Origin: Mustelus asterias
Lineage: Eukaryota
Length of the DNA stretch: 64,000 nt
Assembly: GCF_964213995.1 (NCBI RefSeq)
Contig: NC_135816.1
Coordinates: 47,430,001-47,494,000, forward strand
Direction of reading: 5' to 3'
Shown here piece after piece: positions 50,811 to 62,800 of this stretch (position 1 is its first letter; each line of letters begins with the position of its first letter). A program made the position numbers and the translations under genes. The notes under the pieces were generated by a model. That model was not told the origin of the DNA. It made no database searches and was given only the letters and a program-made list of their open reading frames with translations.

Positions 50811-50993
50811 AATGTTAGCACTGATTTCTGAAGGGCTATAATACAAGAGCAGGGATGTACTGCTGGGGCTGTATAAGGCTCTGATCGGACCCCATTTGGA
50901 ATATTGTGGGCAGTTTTGGGCCCCATACTGAAGGAAGAGTGTGCTGGCCTCGGAGGAGGTCCAGAGGAGGTTCACAAGAATGATCCCAGGAAT

Positions 50994-51345
50994 CATAGAA
51001 TCATAGAAACCCTACAGTGCAGAAGGAGGCCATTCAGCCCATCGAGTCTGCACCGACCACAATCCCACCCAGGCCCTACCCCCACATATTTTACCCGCTA
51101 ATCCCTCTAACCTACGCATCCCAGGACTCTAAGGGGCAATGTTTTTTTTAACCTGGCCAATCAACCTAACCCGCACATCTTTGGACTGTGGGAGGAAACC
51201 GGAGCACCCGGAGGAAACCCACGCAGACACGAGGAGAATGTGCAAACTCCACACAGACAGTGACCTGAGCCAGGAATCGAACCCGGGACCCTGGAGCTGT
51301 GAAGCAGCAGTGCTAACCACTGTGCTACCGTGCCGCCCACGGCAC
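50994..51345 (-). mobile_element. Full-length young HE1-like SINE
   Basis: Near-identical to the reverse complement of 57007-57360; GAAT duplicated at the flanks. Confidence 0.92.
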
Positions 51346-52672
51346 GAATGAAAGGTTTGTCGTATGAGGAATGGTTGAGGAGTCTGGGTCTATACTCAAT
51401 GGGGTTTAGAAGGATGAGGGGGGATCTAATTGAAACTTACAGAATACTGAGAGGCCTAGATAGAGTGGACTATTGGTAGAGACTAGAAATCGAGAGCACA
51501 ACCTCAGAGTGAAGGAACGCTGCTTTAAAACTGAGATGAGGAGGAATTTTTTCAGCCAGAAGGTGGTGAATCTGTGGAACTCTGCCACAGAGGCAGTGGA
51601 GGCCAAGTCACTGAGTGTCTATAAGAGAGAGATAGATAGGCTCTTGATCAATAAGTCGATCAAGGGTTACGGGGAGAAGGCAGGAGAATGGGGATGAGAA
51701 TCAGATCAGCCATGATTGAATGGTGGAGCAGACTCGATGGGCCAAATAGCCTAATTCTGCTGCTATATCTTATGGCCTTAACAAGAACTTGTATTTTATC
51801 ACCTGTTATTTAGTGAGCTAAACCGGTTACAGAAAAAAATGTCAGCGTGAATGAGTAGCAATAATTACAATGATTTTAATATAGAATAGGATAGTAACCA
51901 TGCAAAGGACAAAGAGTGGCAGGAGCTCCTGAAATGTGAACAATAACTTTCTTGATCAGTGTGTTTCCAGCCCATCAAGGAAGGAAACTGTGAGGATTTA
52001 GCTCTGGGGAACGAGGTTGGCCCAGTGGAACATGCTTTACTGCGAGAGCATTTGAGGAATAGTTATGAAAGGACAAGGCACAGTCAAGTAAAAAAAACTT
52101 CACTGGAGAAGGACTGACTTGAGTGAGTTGAAAAGGGTCTGGTTCAGGGAGGTTGGAATCAAAGATTCGTGTGCAAAACAGTAATTGTGCAATGGGAGGC
52201 TTTCAAAGAGGAGATAGTTTGGTTTGTGTATTAGACACTTCCCTTTAAGGGGTAAAGGACGAGCATCCAAAACTGGAACACTTAAGTTACAGAGATTAAA
52301 ATGGGACAGAAAAGGAAGGCTAATGGTAATTGTAAGGCTCATAATACAAACTGAATATAAAAAATACAGAAGAAATAGGGCAATGAGGGGGCAATGAGGG
52401 GGGCAAAGAGTGAATGTGAGAATAGCTTAGTGGCTAATGTACCAGGGAGCCCAAAAATCTTTTAGAAACTTATTAACAGTAGAAGTGTAGTCATAGGAAA
52501 GGTGGGGGCAATTAGGGACCAAGAAGATATCCTGGAGAGGCAGAAGGCATGGATGAACTACTAAATGCGTTATTTGTATTTGTCTTCACTGGAGAAGATT
52601 CTGTCAGTGTTATAGTAAAGGAGGAAGCAGTAATGATCAATGTTGGATTGGATAAAAATAGGTAAAGACGAT

Positions 52673-53786
52673 GGGCCCGATTTTACCATTGTGTTGCGCC
52701 CGTATTCGGGCGTGAAAACGCGGTAAAGTCGGGCATGAGGCCATTAACGGGATCCGCGCCCATGTCCACACAGATGGCCACTTTACCGAAACACGGGAAT
52801 GGCCGTGATCCGCTTCGCGCTCGAAACGGACGCAACGGCGATTAAAATGTATTTGCATGTATTTCAATTGAATTAACGAACTGCCCGCCCAACTTTATCA
52901 GCATTTCCCCCTTTACCACCACATTCGCCGATCCGGAATTGTGCTGAAATGAACCTGCTGAATAAAAGTCTGAATCGGGCGCTCCAGCTGCTGAAGAGTG
53001 AATTCAGAGCTTCCAACGGCTCTCTGACTCTGACCGGTGGTGGGGGGGAGGAGGGAGGGGGGTCAGATCATTCTCTGGTTTTGGGGGGGGGGGGGGAGGA
53101 GGAGGAGGTGGGTCAGATGTATCTCTGGTGGGGAGGAGGGGGGGCAGGGAGGGCCAATTGTTGTCTGGTGGGGAGGGAGGAGGAGGTGGGTCAGATGTTC
53201 CTCTGGGGGGGTGGGGGTGAGTGAGGCCAGATCGTTCCCTGGGGGGGGGGGGAATTGAGGCCAGACCATTTCTTGGGGGGGGGGGGGAGGAGGGAGGTGG
53301 ATAAGATCTCTGTTGGGGGGGAAGGCCCGATCGTTCACTGGTTGGTGGGGGGGGGGGGCAGATGGACCTCTGGTGGGGGGGAGCAGGGGGGTCCGCTGCC
53401 ACTTTGCGGGTGATCGGTGGGGGGGGGAAAGGGGCCAGTGAGTCGCGATCGGTCTGGGTAGTGGGGGGGGGGGTGGAAAAGGGGGACAGTGATGTCTGTG
53501 GGGGCCATCGCTCCCACTTTTCGCTCACGGGCACTTTCTCCACTTCCTGCGGCCCGGGAGCGATGTGACATGGGCGCGCTTTTTCAAATTTGTTTCTAAC
53601 TGCGCATGTGCAGTTCAGTGCTCCGGTCATTTCAGGCGTGCTAAGCCCCGACCACAGCGCAAATGGGACCCGTGATTTTTTTCTTCAGGCTAAGTGTTAA
53701 TGGGGGTGCCTGAAAGCAGATTTCCAAGTCAGATCTGAATTACGCTCAGATTCAGCACTTAGAATGAAAATGGTAACATCAGGCCC
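52673..53786. mobile_element. Non-autonomous TIR DNA transposon (PIF/Harbinger-like), 1114 bp
   Basis: Left end GGGCCCGATTTTACCATT versus reverse complement of right end GGGCCTGATGTTACCATT (16/18); 3-bp TSD GAT at 52670-52672 and 53787-53789; no transposase ORF; superfamily inferred from the GGG ends and 3-bp TSD. Confidence 0.78.
53036..53485 (+). repeat. G-run-rich degenerate tandem region (G-quadruplex prone)
   Basis: Many G6-G13 runs alternating with GGTCAGAT/GCCAGAT-like spacers. Confidence 0.85.
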
Positions 53787-54264
53787 GATGTATTTAAAAG
53801 TTGGACAGTCTTCAATGAAAATAGTCACCTAGTCCGGACAGGATGAATCTGAGATTTCGGAGGGAAGTAAGGGTGGAAATTGCTGAAGCTTTGGCCACAT
53901 TCTTTCAGTCCTCCTAGATACAAGAGTGATGCCAGAGGACTGGAGAATTGCATATGTTACACCTCTATTTAAAAAGGGGACAAGGGATAAACCTGGTAAA
54001 TACAAGCCAGTCATTTTAATATCAGTTGTGGGAAAACTTTTAGAGATAATAATTCAGGACAAAACAAACTGGCATAATTCAAAGGCATAGACTAATAAGA
54101 GGAGGGATTTGTGCCACAGTGGTAGTGTTCCTATCTCTCAGCCAGACACTCTGGGTTCAGGTCCCACTCAGGACTTGGTATCCCAGGAAGATGAATTTAT
54201 AATGTGGCCAAACAGGTTGGGTGTCAACTTATAAATCCTTCCAATGTACACCAATGGCAAGCCA

Positions 54265-55205
54265 AAACAAAGAAACTAGAAGCAGAAGTAGGCCATACGG
54301 CCCTTCAAGCCTGCTCCGCCATTCATTTTGACCATGGCTGGTCATCAAATTCAATATCTTGATATCCCTTTCCCCCCATATTCTTTGATCCCTTTAGTCC
54401 CAAGAGCTATATCTAATTTCTTCTTGAAATCAGACGTTTTGGCCTTAACTACATTCTATGGTAGTGAATTCCACAGATTCATCACCCTCTGGGTGAAGAA
54501 ATGTCTCCTCACCTCAGTTCTGAAAGGTTTACCCCTTATCCTCAAACTATGACCCCTAGTTCTGGACTCCCCCACCAGTGGGAACATTCTTTCTGAATCT
54601 AGCCTTTCTAACCCTGTTAGAATTTTATATGTTTCTATGAGATCGCCTCTCACTCTTCTAAACTCCAGTGAACATAATCCTAACCAACTTAGTCTCTCCT
54701 CATATGACAGACCTGCCATCCCAGAAATCAGCCTGGTAAACTTTGCTGTGCTCCCTCTATAGCAAGGCCATCCTTGCTCAGATAAGGACACCAAAACTGC
54801 ACACAATACTCCAGGTGTGGCTTCACCGATAACCTATACAATTGCAGCAAAACACTCCTATCCCTATACTCAAATCCACTCGCATCCCTAAAAAGGGGTC
54901 AAATCCACTCGCTATGAAGGCCAACATACCATTTGCCTTCTTTACTGCTTGCTGTACCTGCGCGCTTACTTTCAGTGACTGATGCACGAAGAGACCAAGG
55001 TCTGGTTGAGTATCCACCTCTCTCAATTTACACCCATTCAAGTAATAATCTGTCTTCCTATTATTGCTACCAAAGTGGATAACCTCACATTCATCCACAC
55101 TATACTGCATCTCCCCACACATTCAGCCTGTCCAAATCACACTGAAGCATCTCTGCATCCTCCTCACAGCTCACCCTCCCACCCAACTTTGTATCATCTG
55201 CAAAT
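54265..55205 (-). mobile_element. CR1 LINE 3' fragment
   Basis: ORFs 54823..55122 and 54456..54806 (CEVIHFGSNN..; LSYEERLSWLGLCSLEFRRVRGDLIETYKIL). Confidence 0.93.
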
Positions 55206-55874
55206 CTGAGATAAGATTTTTCAGATTACAGTTACTTCAGTCTCTGATTTATGACTTCTGGTGTCCCATGTGGCAGGCTTATGATTTCATCAATGGATTT
55301 GATGATTTAAATTTGAAGTGAGGTAAAGCAATTGGTTTGCAACAGGTTGTGAAGTTTCTTGTCGTCAGATATCAAGGATTTTGGTTCTCAGGTGAACATT
55401 GAAACTAGACAGGTTAGGCTGCTTGATGACATGCAGATGGTTTGAGTCTAGTTCTCAGACTGGCTGACAACTGATGGTTCTGCTGGATCTGTTGGGTCCT
55501 GGGGTAATAAGGGTGAAATCCATGAAATCAGCTTTGATCACATGACTGCCTCTGTGGCCAATCTAGTTTGGATGGGGCAGGCCATTGTGTTGCAATAGGA
55601 AGTTGATAGTGTTTGTTGAGCTCCAATCTTCCCTTTTTAGTGCAGTATGAAACATGGAGAGAGACATTCTCCATAGTCTTCAGGTGTTGGTCCGTCCTTA
55701 CACAATGACATGTGTGAATTCCACAAATGGTTGTAAGGTACCCTCACCAATGTCCATATTTCATTAGGTATTCACTGGAGACTTGATACTGTCTGTGGTT
55801 CAAATGCCAAAAGTTACATGATTTGCAGCAGCCATTTAACAGATGGTTTGTGTCCAATTTTTAAAAGTATTGAA

Positions 55875-56783
55875 ACTATCCTCCCATCCTCTAGTTGGCT
55901 GGACTTGCGGATAGCGATGAGCATTGTCGGGCAATACAGCAGGATATAGATAGGCTGGAAAATTGGGCGGAGAGGTGGCAGATGGAGTTTAATCCGGATA
56001 AATGCGAAGTGATGCATTTTGGAAGAAATAATGTAGGGAGGAGTTATACAATAAATGGCAGAGTCATCAGGAATATAGAAACACAGAGGGACCTAGGTGT
56101 GCAAGTCCACAAATCCTTGAAGGTGGCAACACAGGTGGAGAAGGTGGTGAAGAAGGCATATGGTATGCTTGCCTTTATAGGACGGGGTATAGAGTATAAA
56201 AGCTGGAATCTGATGATGCAGCTGCATAGAACGCTGGTTAGGCCACATTTGGAGTACTGCGTCCAGTTCTGGTTGCCGCACTACCAGAAGGACGTGGAGG
56301 CGTTAGAGAGAGTGCAGAGAAGGTTTACCAGGATGTTGCCTGGTATGGAGGGTCTTAGCTATGAGGAGAGATTGGGTAAACTGGGGTTGTTCTCCCTGGA
56401 AAGACGGAGAATGAGGGGAGATCTAATAGAGGTGTACAAGATTATGAAGGGTATAGATAGGGTGAACAGTGGGAAGCTTTTTCCCAGGTCGGAGGTGACG
56501 ATCACGAGGGGTCACGGGCTCAAGGTGAGAGGGGCGAAGTATAACTCAGATATCAGAGGGACGTTTTTTACACAGAGGGTGGTGGGGGCCTGGAATGTGC
56601 TGCCAAGTAGGGTGGTGGAGGCAGGCACGCTGACATCGTTTAAGACTTACCTGGATAGTCACATGAGCAGCCTGGGAATGGAGGGATACAAACGATTGGT
56701 CTAGTTGGACCAAGGAGCGGCACAGGCTTGGAGGGCCGAAGGGCCTGTTTCCTGTGCTGTACTGTTCTTTGTTCTTTGTTCTT
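55875..56783 (+). mobile_element. Young 5'-truncated CR1 LINE with an uninterrupted 269-codon ORF2 C-terminus
   Basis: ORF 55895..56704 is open throughout (IQQDIDRLENWAERWQMEFNPDKCEVMHFG..RPHLEYCVQFW..RGDLIEVYKIMKG); tail (GTTCTTT)n. Confidence 0.96.
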
Positions 56784-57006
56784 TATTGACTGAAAGTTCA
56801 TAATATGACATGCCTGTATTGTGCATGACAATAATTCTGTTAGCAAAATTAAAGTTGATGGGACTAAAGGACAGTAGGGGAATACAAAATTGCCTTCGGG
56901 ACAGAAAGCAGAATCTTAATAGTTGTTTTTCATTCTGGGGGAAGGATATAGTGGTATTCCCCAGGGGTTGATACTAAGACCACTGTTCTTTTTGATATAA
57001 GAATAA

Positions 57007-57360
57007 GGGTGGCACGGTAGCTCAGTGGTTAGCACTGCTGCTTCACAGCTCCAGGGTCCCGGGTTCGATTCCCGGCTCGGGTCACTGTCTGTGTTGAGTT
57101 TGCACATTCTCCTCGTGTCTGCGTGGGTTTCCTCCGGGTGCTCCGGTTTCCTCCCACAGTCCAAAGATGTGCGGGTTAGGTTGATTGGCCAGGTTAAAAA
57201 TTGCCCCTTAGAGTCCTGAGATGCATAGGTTAGAGGGATTAGCGGGTAAAATATGTGGGGGTAGGGCCTGGGTGGGATTGTGGTCGGTGCAGACTCGATG
57301 GACCGAATGGCCTCCTTCTGCACTTTAGGGTTTCTATGATTTCTATGATGATTTCTATGA
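57007..57360 (+). mobile_element. Full-length young HE1-like SINE within an old CR1 (approx. 56830-57970)
   Basis: A box GCTCAGTGGTTAG, B box GGTTCGATTCCC, CR1 tail GCAGACTCGATGGACCGAATGGCCTCCTTCTGCAC plus (TTCTATGA)n; GAATA duplicated at the flanks. Confidence 0.95.
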
Positions 57361-57627
57361 ATAGTGCATAACTTCAACATTTGCAAATGACATGAAACTC
57401 AAAAATGTAATAAACATTGAGGAGCATAGTAATAGATGCCGGGTGGACATATACTAACTGGTGAAACGGGAAAGTCCATGGCATCTAAAATTTAATGTGA
57501 GGAAGTTTTAAGTAACATATTTTGGGGGAAAGAATGAGGAGAGGCAATATGAACTATATGGGAATCTTAGTAAGAAAGTTATGTTAAAACTGTATTAAAA
57601 CACTGGTTAAGCTTCATTTGAAGTAAT

Positions 57628-57756
57628 GGCTGGAATTTTACCGCCCCTCACCTGTCACAGGAATCAGAGCGGACAAGAGGCGGACAATGGGAACGTCCGT
57701 TGACCTCAGGTGGTATTTTACAGCTTCTGGACGAGCGTGGCCGTAAAATCCTGGCC
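57628..57756. mobile_element. ~130-bp MITE-like element (copy 3)
   Basis: Imperfect TIRs GGCTGGAATTTTACCG / CCGTAAAATCCTGGCC; inserted in a CR1 remnant. Confidence 0.7.
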
Positions 57757-59866
57757 ATTATGTTTCGTTCTGGGTATCATATTTTAGGAAGGATGTCAAG
57801 GCCTTTTGAGAATATGTAAACTTGAATGATATAAAAAAGGACTTCAGCTCATAACATTCAAAAATCAGACGGATACTTGAAGGGAAAGTATTTGCGGCAG
57901 TGTATTGGGATTAATTGGATAGCTCTACCACATATACGATGTTCGCCTTCTGTATTCTATTATTCGGTTCCTATATTTTTATTCAATACAGCATTACTTT
58001 TAACTCTATATATATATATATTATATTTCTAAACATTCATATTTGATCATTTGATGTTTATCAAGATATTTCTTTCTCCAAAGTAGGTCTAGAATTTTTT
58101 GATTTTTTTCTATTCCTTTCCCAGGTTCATTTCAAAATGGATTCTCAAGAACTATTAGCAATTTCTCTCAGCTACTTTATAAATAAATGCATGTTCAGTA
58201 AATCTGAACTAGTTTACTAAAATCATTGTAGGAAATAATGGTTTAAAAATGACATAGTGTGTGTTACTTTAAAGTTACTTTCCCTTTTAGGTTCTCTACC
58301 TTTGTACATTAGTTTCCCAGGTAAGCACTCCGAGGCCCTAACAACATGTTTGGTCTCTTCAAGTAACTTATGAGTTTTCTTGGGTCACCCAAAAACACAG
58401 ATTCAATCAGAAACTGAAACTCTATTGCCTATGAAATGGTGTGTGAAATAAAACACATGTTAAAGAGTAGACTTTGCGTGTAGTCTTTTGGAAGAAATCT
58501 TGACACATTTTGACTTGGACTAGTGCCATTTCTACATTACTGCACACACAATTGTTTTTAGTTTCTACTGTTTCATGCTAATATTTTGTCATACAGGATT
58601 CCTTTGTAGAGATCTCCAGTCATAACATGGTTGCTGCCGCTGGCTGCAATTTTAACCCCACATAACCATTTCATTGTGTCTTCAAAGACTGTCATGGATT
58701 TGGAGGAGTTCATGAAAAGGGGAGAGAGGCGTTCGTGCTGGTTGCTTCACCAGGTGCTGCTTACAGATAGTGGAACCGCCAACCGTCGATTCTCTCTTGA
58801 TGATTGTGGGTATCTTCTTTAAAAACATACTAACGTGAAAGTGGCAGGAAAGGGCCAACTGGTCCATTGAGCCTGCCAATTCCAGCATGGTGTAACTTCT
58901 TGTCAGCATCAAGCCTCCCCATACCCAGCACAATCATGTAATCTCCTACAAAAGGGGGGAAAAATTGGAGAAACCTCTGAACAATTCGTCTTCTACTCTG
59001 AAGATGATCAAGCATCTCTAACAGGCGTAAGTAACTGGGTGACAAATACCATCCCCCTCAAAAATTACCTGTCTTCTACACAGAGATAGTTTACCTCTCT
59101 TAGTAACTCATCCAGATTCCATTTAATGTTTGAAGTGAATCTGCATTTGCCTGCAACTTATTACAGCGGGCAACTACTCATTGCAAAGTAAGTATTTGTG
59201 AGCATCTAAACTAGTTCTAAGCTTTTGTAACTTATACTTAATTATCCTGGTCCTCCCTAACCATCTGGATCAAACTGCCTACCTGCCGAGGCTGAGACTC
59301 ATACTTTCATTATTTTGTATAAATAACTTATATCTCTTCAAACTATGCTTTTTCAAAGCAAAAAGTCCCATCTTTCTAAGCCAGTACCAGTAACTAAAGA
59401 TCCTTAAACTAGATGTCAATTTAGTGGCTCTCCTCTAAACCTTTTTCCACATCCTTTATATCACCCAGTATATGAGGGAAGTAAAACTTGACACAAGGCT
59501 CCTATATAACAAATAGATCATGCGCCTGTTTGTATACTTAATTTTTAAATCTTGACAGTCCATTCACTTCTACATTATTTTCACTGCACCAATCAGGAAC
59601 TATCACCAAATCATGCAAGAAAAACAGATACTTTCAGCATGAGGATGAAACATGGCTCACATTCCAATGATCAGCTCACATTCTACGTGATGTTAAAAGA
59701 TGATTACAGAGTATGCAAGAAGTTTGAGGAGCCATAGCAACCGGGTGATAAAACAAGCAGCAGTTATGTGAGGTAAGGAAACCTGTCCCTTTGGCAGCTA
59801 AATGGGCAGGAAGAGATGTGGCCCCTGCATCAAAAGCTACATGGCTGATACAACACAACAGATTTG

Positions 59867-62800
59867 GCCGAAACCCCGGACAGCAGGAACGAGGACACCG
59901 ACAACGCCCAAGGCGGAGATCGGCCCGCAAGCCCAGCACCAACCGAGGGCTACACGACACCGACCATGTCACCCAGTCGTGGTCGGGGCCCTGACGCAGG
60001 GTCGGACTGCTACCTCAGCCCTGCAGCCCTGCAGAATTTCGTCAGCGCCACAGGAATGCAGCACCTGGAGGAGGCTGACTGAAGGACACGTAAGAACTGA
60101 CAAACCTTTTAAACATTAAAATGTCTTTAAAGTTTGCATCCTTAAATGTTCGCAGTGTTAAAGACAGCCTGAGATGTGCGGCCAGCTTGTCCTACCTGGC
60201 CAAGATCAAGGCCGACCTGCTGTTCCTGCAGGAGTGTGGAATACCACACCTCAGCAACTACAGGCGCTGGTCGAGTGTGTGGTCCCACGGACCGTCCATC
60301 TGGTCAGGGGGGAACGACTGCCGTTCATCCGGCCTAGGCATTCTGCTGCGGGGGGGGCAACTTCACCGTCTCCGAAGTTAAGGAGGTGGTGGGAGGACGC
60401 CTCCTCGTAGCAGATGTCACGTACAAAAACTGCCCTCTCAGGCTGATTAATGTGTATGCCCCTGCCGTCAAGACCGAGCGGCTGGCACTCTTTGAACAGC
60501 TGCCACTGCTACTCACCACCTCCAGGCCAATCATACTGGGTGGGGACTTTAACTGCATCATTGACAAGGCCGGCCGATCCAACAGGGCCGAAAGTAAACT
60601 GGACGCTACGTCCAGAGCCCTGCTGGAAACAGTCAAAGATGCCAAGCTGCTCGACGTCTTCAGCAATCCAGCAGACGGAGGGCAGCGTAGATACACGTGG
60701 TCGCGGCCAGACGGGTCTGTCCGCTCCAGGATCGACTTCATGTTTGCATCCCGCGCGCTCACGGTCAGGTCCACCGACGTCAAGCCGGTGTTCTTCTCTG
60801 ACCACTGCCTCCTGCTGGCAGACTGTCAGCTGGAGGAAAACCAGAAAGTGGGCAGGGGGTCCTGGAAGCTTAATGTAGAACTGTTGACCCCAGAGAACCT
60901 CGAGGAACTCAAGAGGGTTTACCACGGTTGGAGAACCGTGAAACCCTTCTTTGAGTCTCCATCGCTCTGGTGGGAAACCATCAAGGGCAACATCAAGAGG
61001 TTCTTTATCCGAAAAGGGGTTCAGAAGGCCAGGGAGAGACGGGGGGAAATGTCCCGACTCCAGAAAAGCATGCAGGAGCTACTCCAACTGCAGTCGATGG
61101 GGGTGGATGTCAAGGAGGACCTCCGGGAGGTGAAGAGCCAGCAAGCCTCGCTCTTTGCCTCGGAGGCCTCCAAGGTTATCTTCCGGTCCAGGGTCCGCTC
61201 CGTGGAGCAGGACGAAACGTGCTCGCGCTTCTTCTTCCAGAAGGTGCACAGAGAATCCTCTGTGATCACAAGCCTGAAGGAAGAAGATGGCTCTGTAGGG
61301 TCATCGCAGTCTGACATTCTGAGGATCTGCTAATCCTTCTATGCCAGACTGTATGACCTGAAGCCAACAGACAGCACGGCCTCCCAGTCTTTCCTGTCGT
61401 CTATCACGCAAGTCTTGGACGACGGCGAGCGGGAGAGCCTGGACAGACCGGTAGCTCTGGATGAGCTGACAAAGGCAGTCGAGTCCCTTCAGAAGGGTAA
61501 AACTCCCGGTAGCGACGGCTTACCGGCTGAGTTTTACTCGGCGTTGTGGGACTTGACGGGCCCGGACCTCCTGGAAGTATACGAGAGTATGCTTCTGGAA
61601 GGCAGCATGTCAGAATCCATGAGGAAAGGCATCATTACCCTCATCTACAAGCAGAAGGGGGAAAGGGAAGAAATTAGAAATTGGAGACCTATTTCACTAT
61701 TGAATGTGGATTACAAGATTCTGGCCAAGGTCATCGCCAACCGGGTCAAGTCTGCTCTGGGGTCAGTAATCCATCCTGATCAAACCTGTGCTGTACCCGG
61801 CAGGAAGATCTCTGATAGCCTCGCACTACTCAGGGATACGATCGCCTACGTGCAGGACAGGCAGGTGGACACCTGCCTCATCAGTCTAGACCAGGAGAAG
61901 GCGTTTGACAGAATATCGCACAGCTACATGATGGATGTGCTCTCCAAAATGGGATTTGGGGAGGGAATCTGCAATTGGATCCAACTGCTCTACACAGACA
62001 TCAGTAGCGCAGTTTCAATCAATGGGTGGGAATCAGATATGTTTCAAATCAGGTCTGGAGTCAGGCAGGGCTGCCCTCTCTCCTCCGTCCTTTTTGTGTG
62101 TTGCATTGAACCCTTTGCCGAGGCCCTCAGAAGCGACCCAGGCATCAAAGGGGTCACAATCCCAGGCAGCGGAGGGACGCAAGTCAAAGCCTCCCTCTAC
62201 ATGGATGACGTGGCTGTTTTCTGCTCGGACCCCTCGTCTGTTCGCAGGCTTCTTCGAGTCTGTGAGCAGTTCGAGCTGGCCTCGGGAGCCAAAGTCAACT
62301 AGGGTAAGAGTGAGGCCATGTTCTTTGGGAACTGGCCTGACACATCCTTTGTCCCTTTCACCATTAGGGTAGACTACCTCAAGGTGCTGGGAATATGGTT
62401 CGGAGCGGCAGGGGCATGCGCCAAAAACTGGGAGGAGCGCATCGCCAAAGCCAAACAAAAATTGGGATTGTGGGAGCAACGCTCCCTCTCCATCACTGGG
62501 AAGAACCTTGTGATCCGATGCGAGGTTCTGTCCGTGTTGTTGTACGTGGCGCATGTGTGGCCTCTCCCCAAGTCCTGCGCAGCAGCAGTGACCCGGGCCA
62601 TCTTCAAGTTCATCTGGAGATCAAAGATGGATCGTGTCCGCAGGGAGGCGATGCACAAATCTCCAGAGAACGGAGGGAAAAGCGTTCCCAACGCCGCCCT
62701 CATCCTGATGGCCACCTTTGTGTGCGGCTGCATCAAGCTGTGTGTAGATCCTCGGTACAGTAACAGCAAGTGCCACTATTTTTTGAGGTTCTACCTGTCC

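Larger units (their letters stand above)
50407..51780 (+). mobile_element. CR1 LINE 3' part interrupted by two HE1-like SINEs
   Basis: CR1 ORF2 C-terminal remnants (FKTEMRRNFFSQKVVNLWNS) and tail ATCTTATGG; continuous once the SINEs are removed. Confidence 0.9.
51930..54090 (+). mobile_element. Old CR1 LINE (endonuclease-RT linker region) interrupted by a TIR element
   Basis: Remnants GCCAGAGGACTGGAGAATTGCA (PEDWRIA), TTTAAAAAGGGGACAAGGGATAAACCTGGTAAATACAAGCCAGTC (FKKG..PGKYKPV), GTTGTGGGAAAACTTTTAGAG. Confidence 0.8.

Noticed and set aside
53004-53630. 208-aa proline-rich ORF and overlapping glycine-rich ORFs
   Set aside because: These are translations of G/C homopolymer runs inside a TIR element, with no splice or domain support.
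57007-57080. tRNA gene calls at SINE heads (also 16384, 26626, 43390, 46721, 47685)
   Set aside because: A/B boxes run directly into SINE bodies and LINE-derived tails, with no complete cloverleaf or Pol III terminator.
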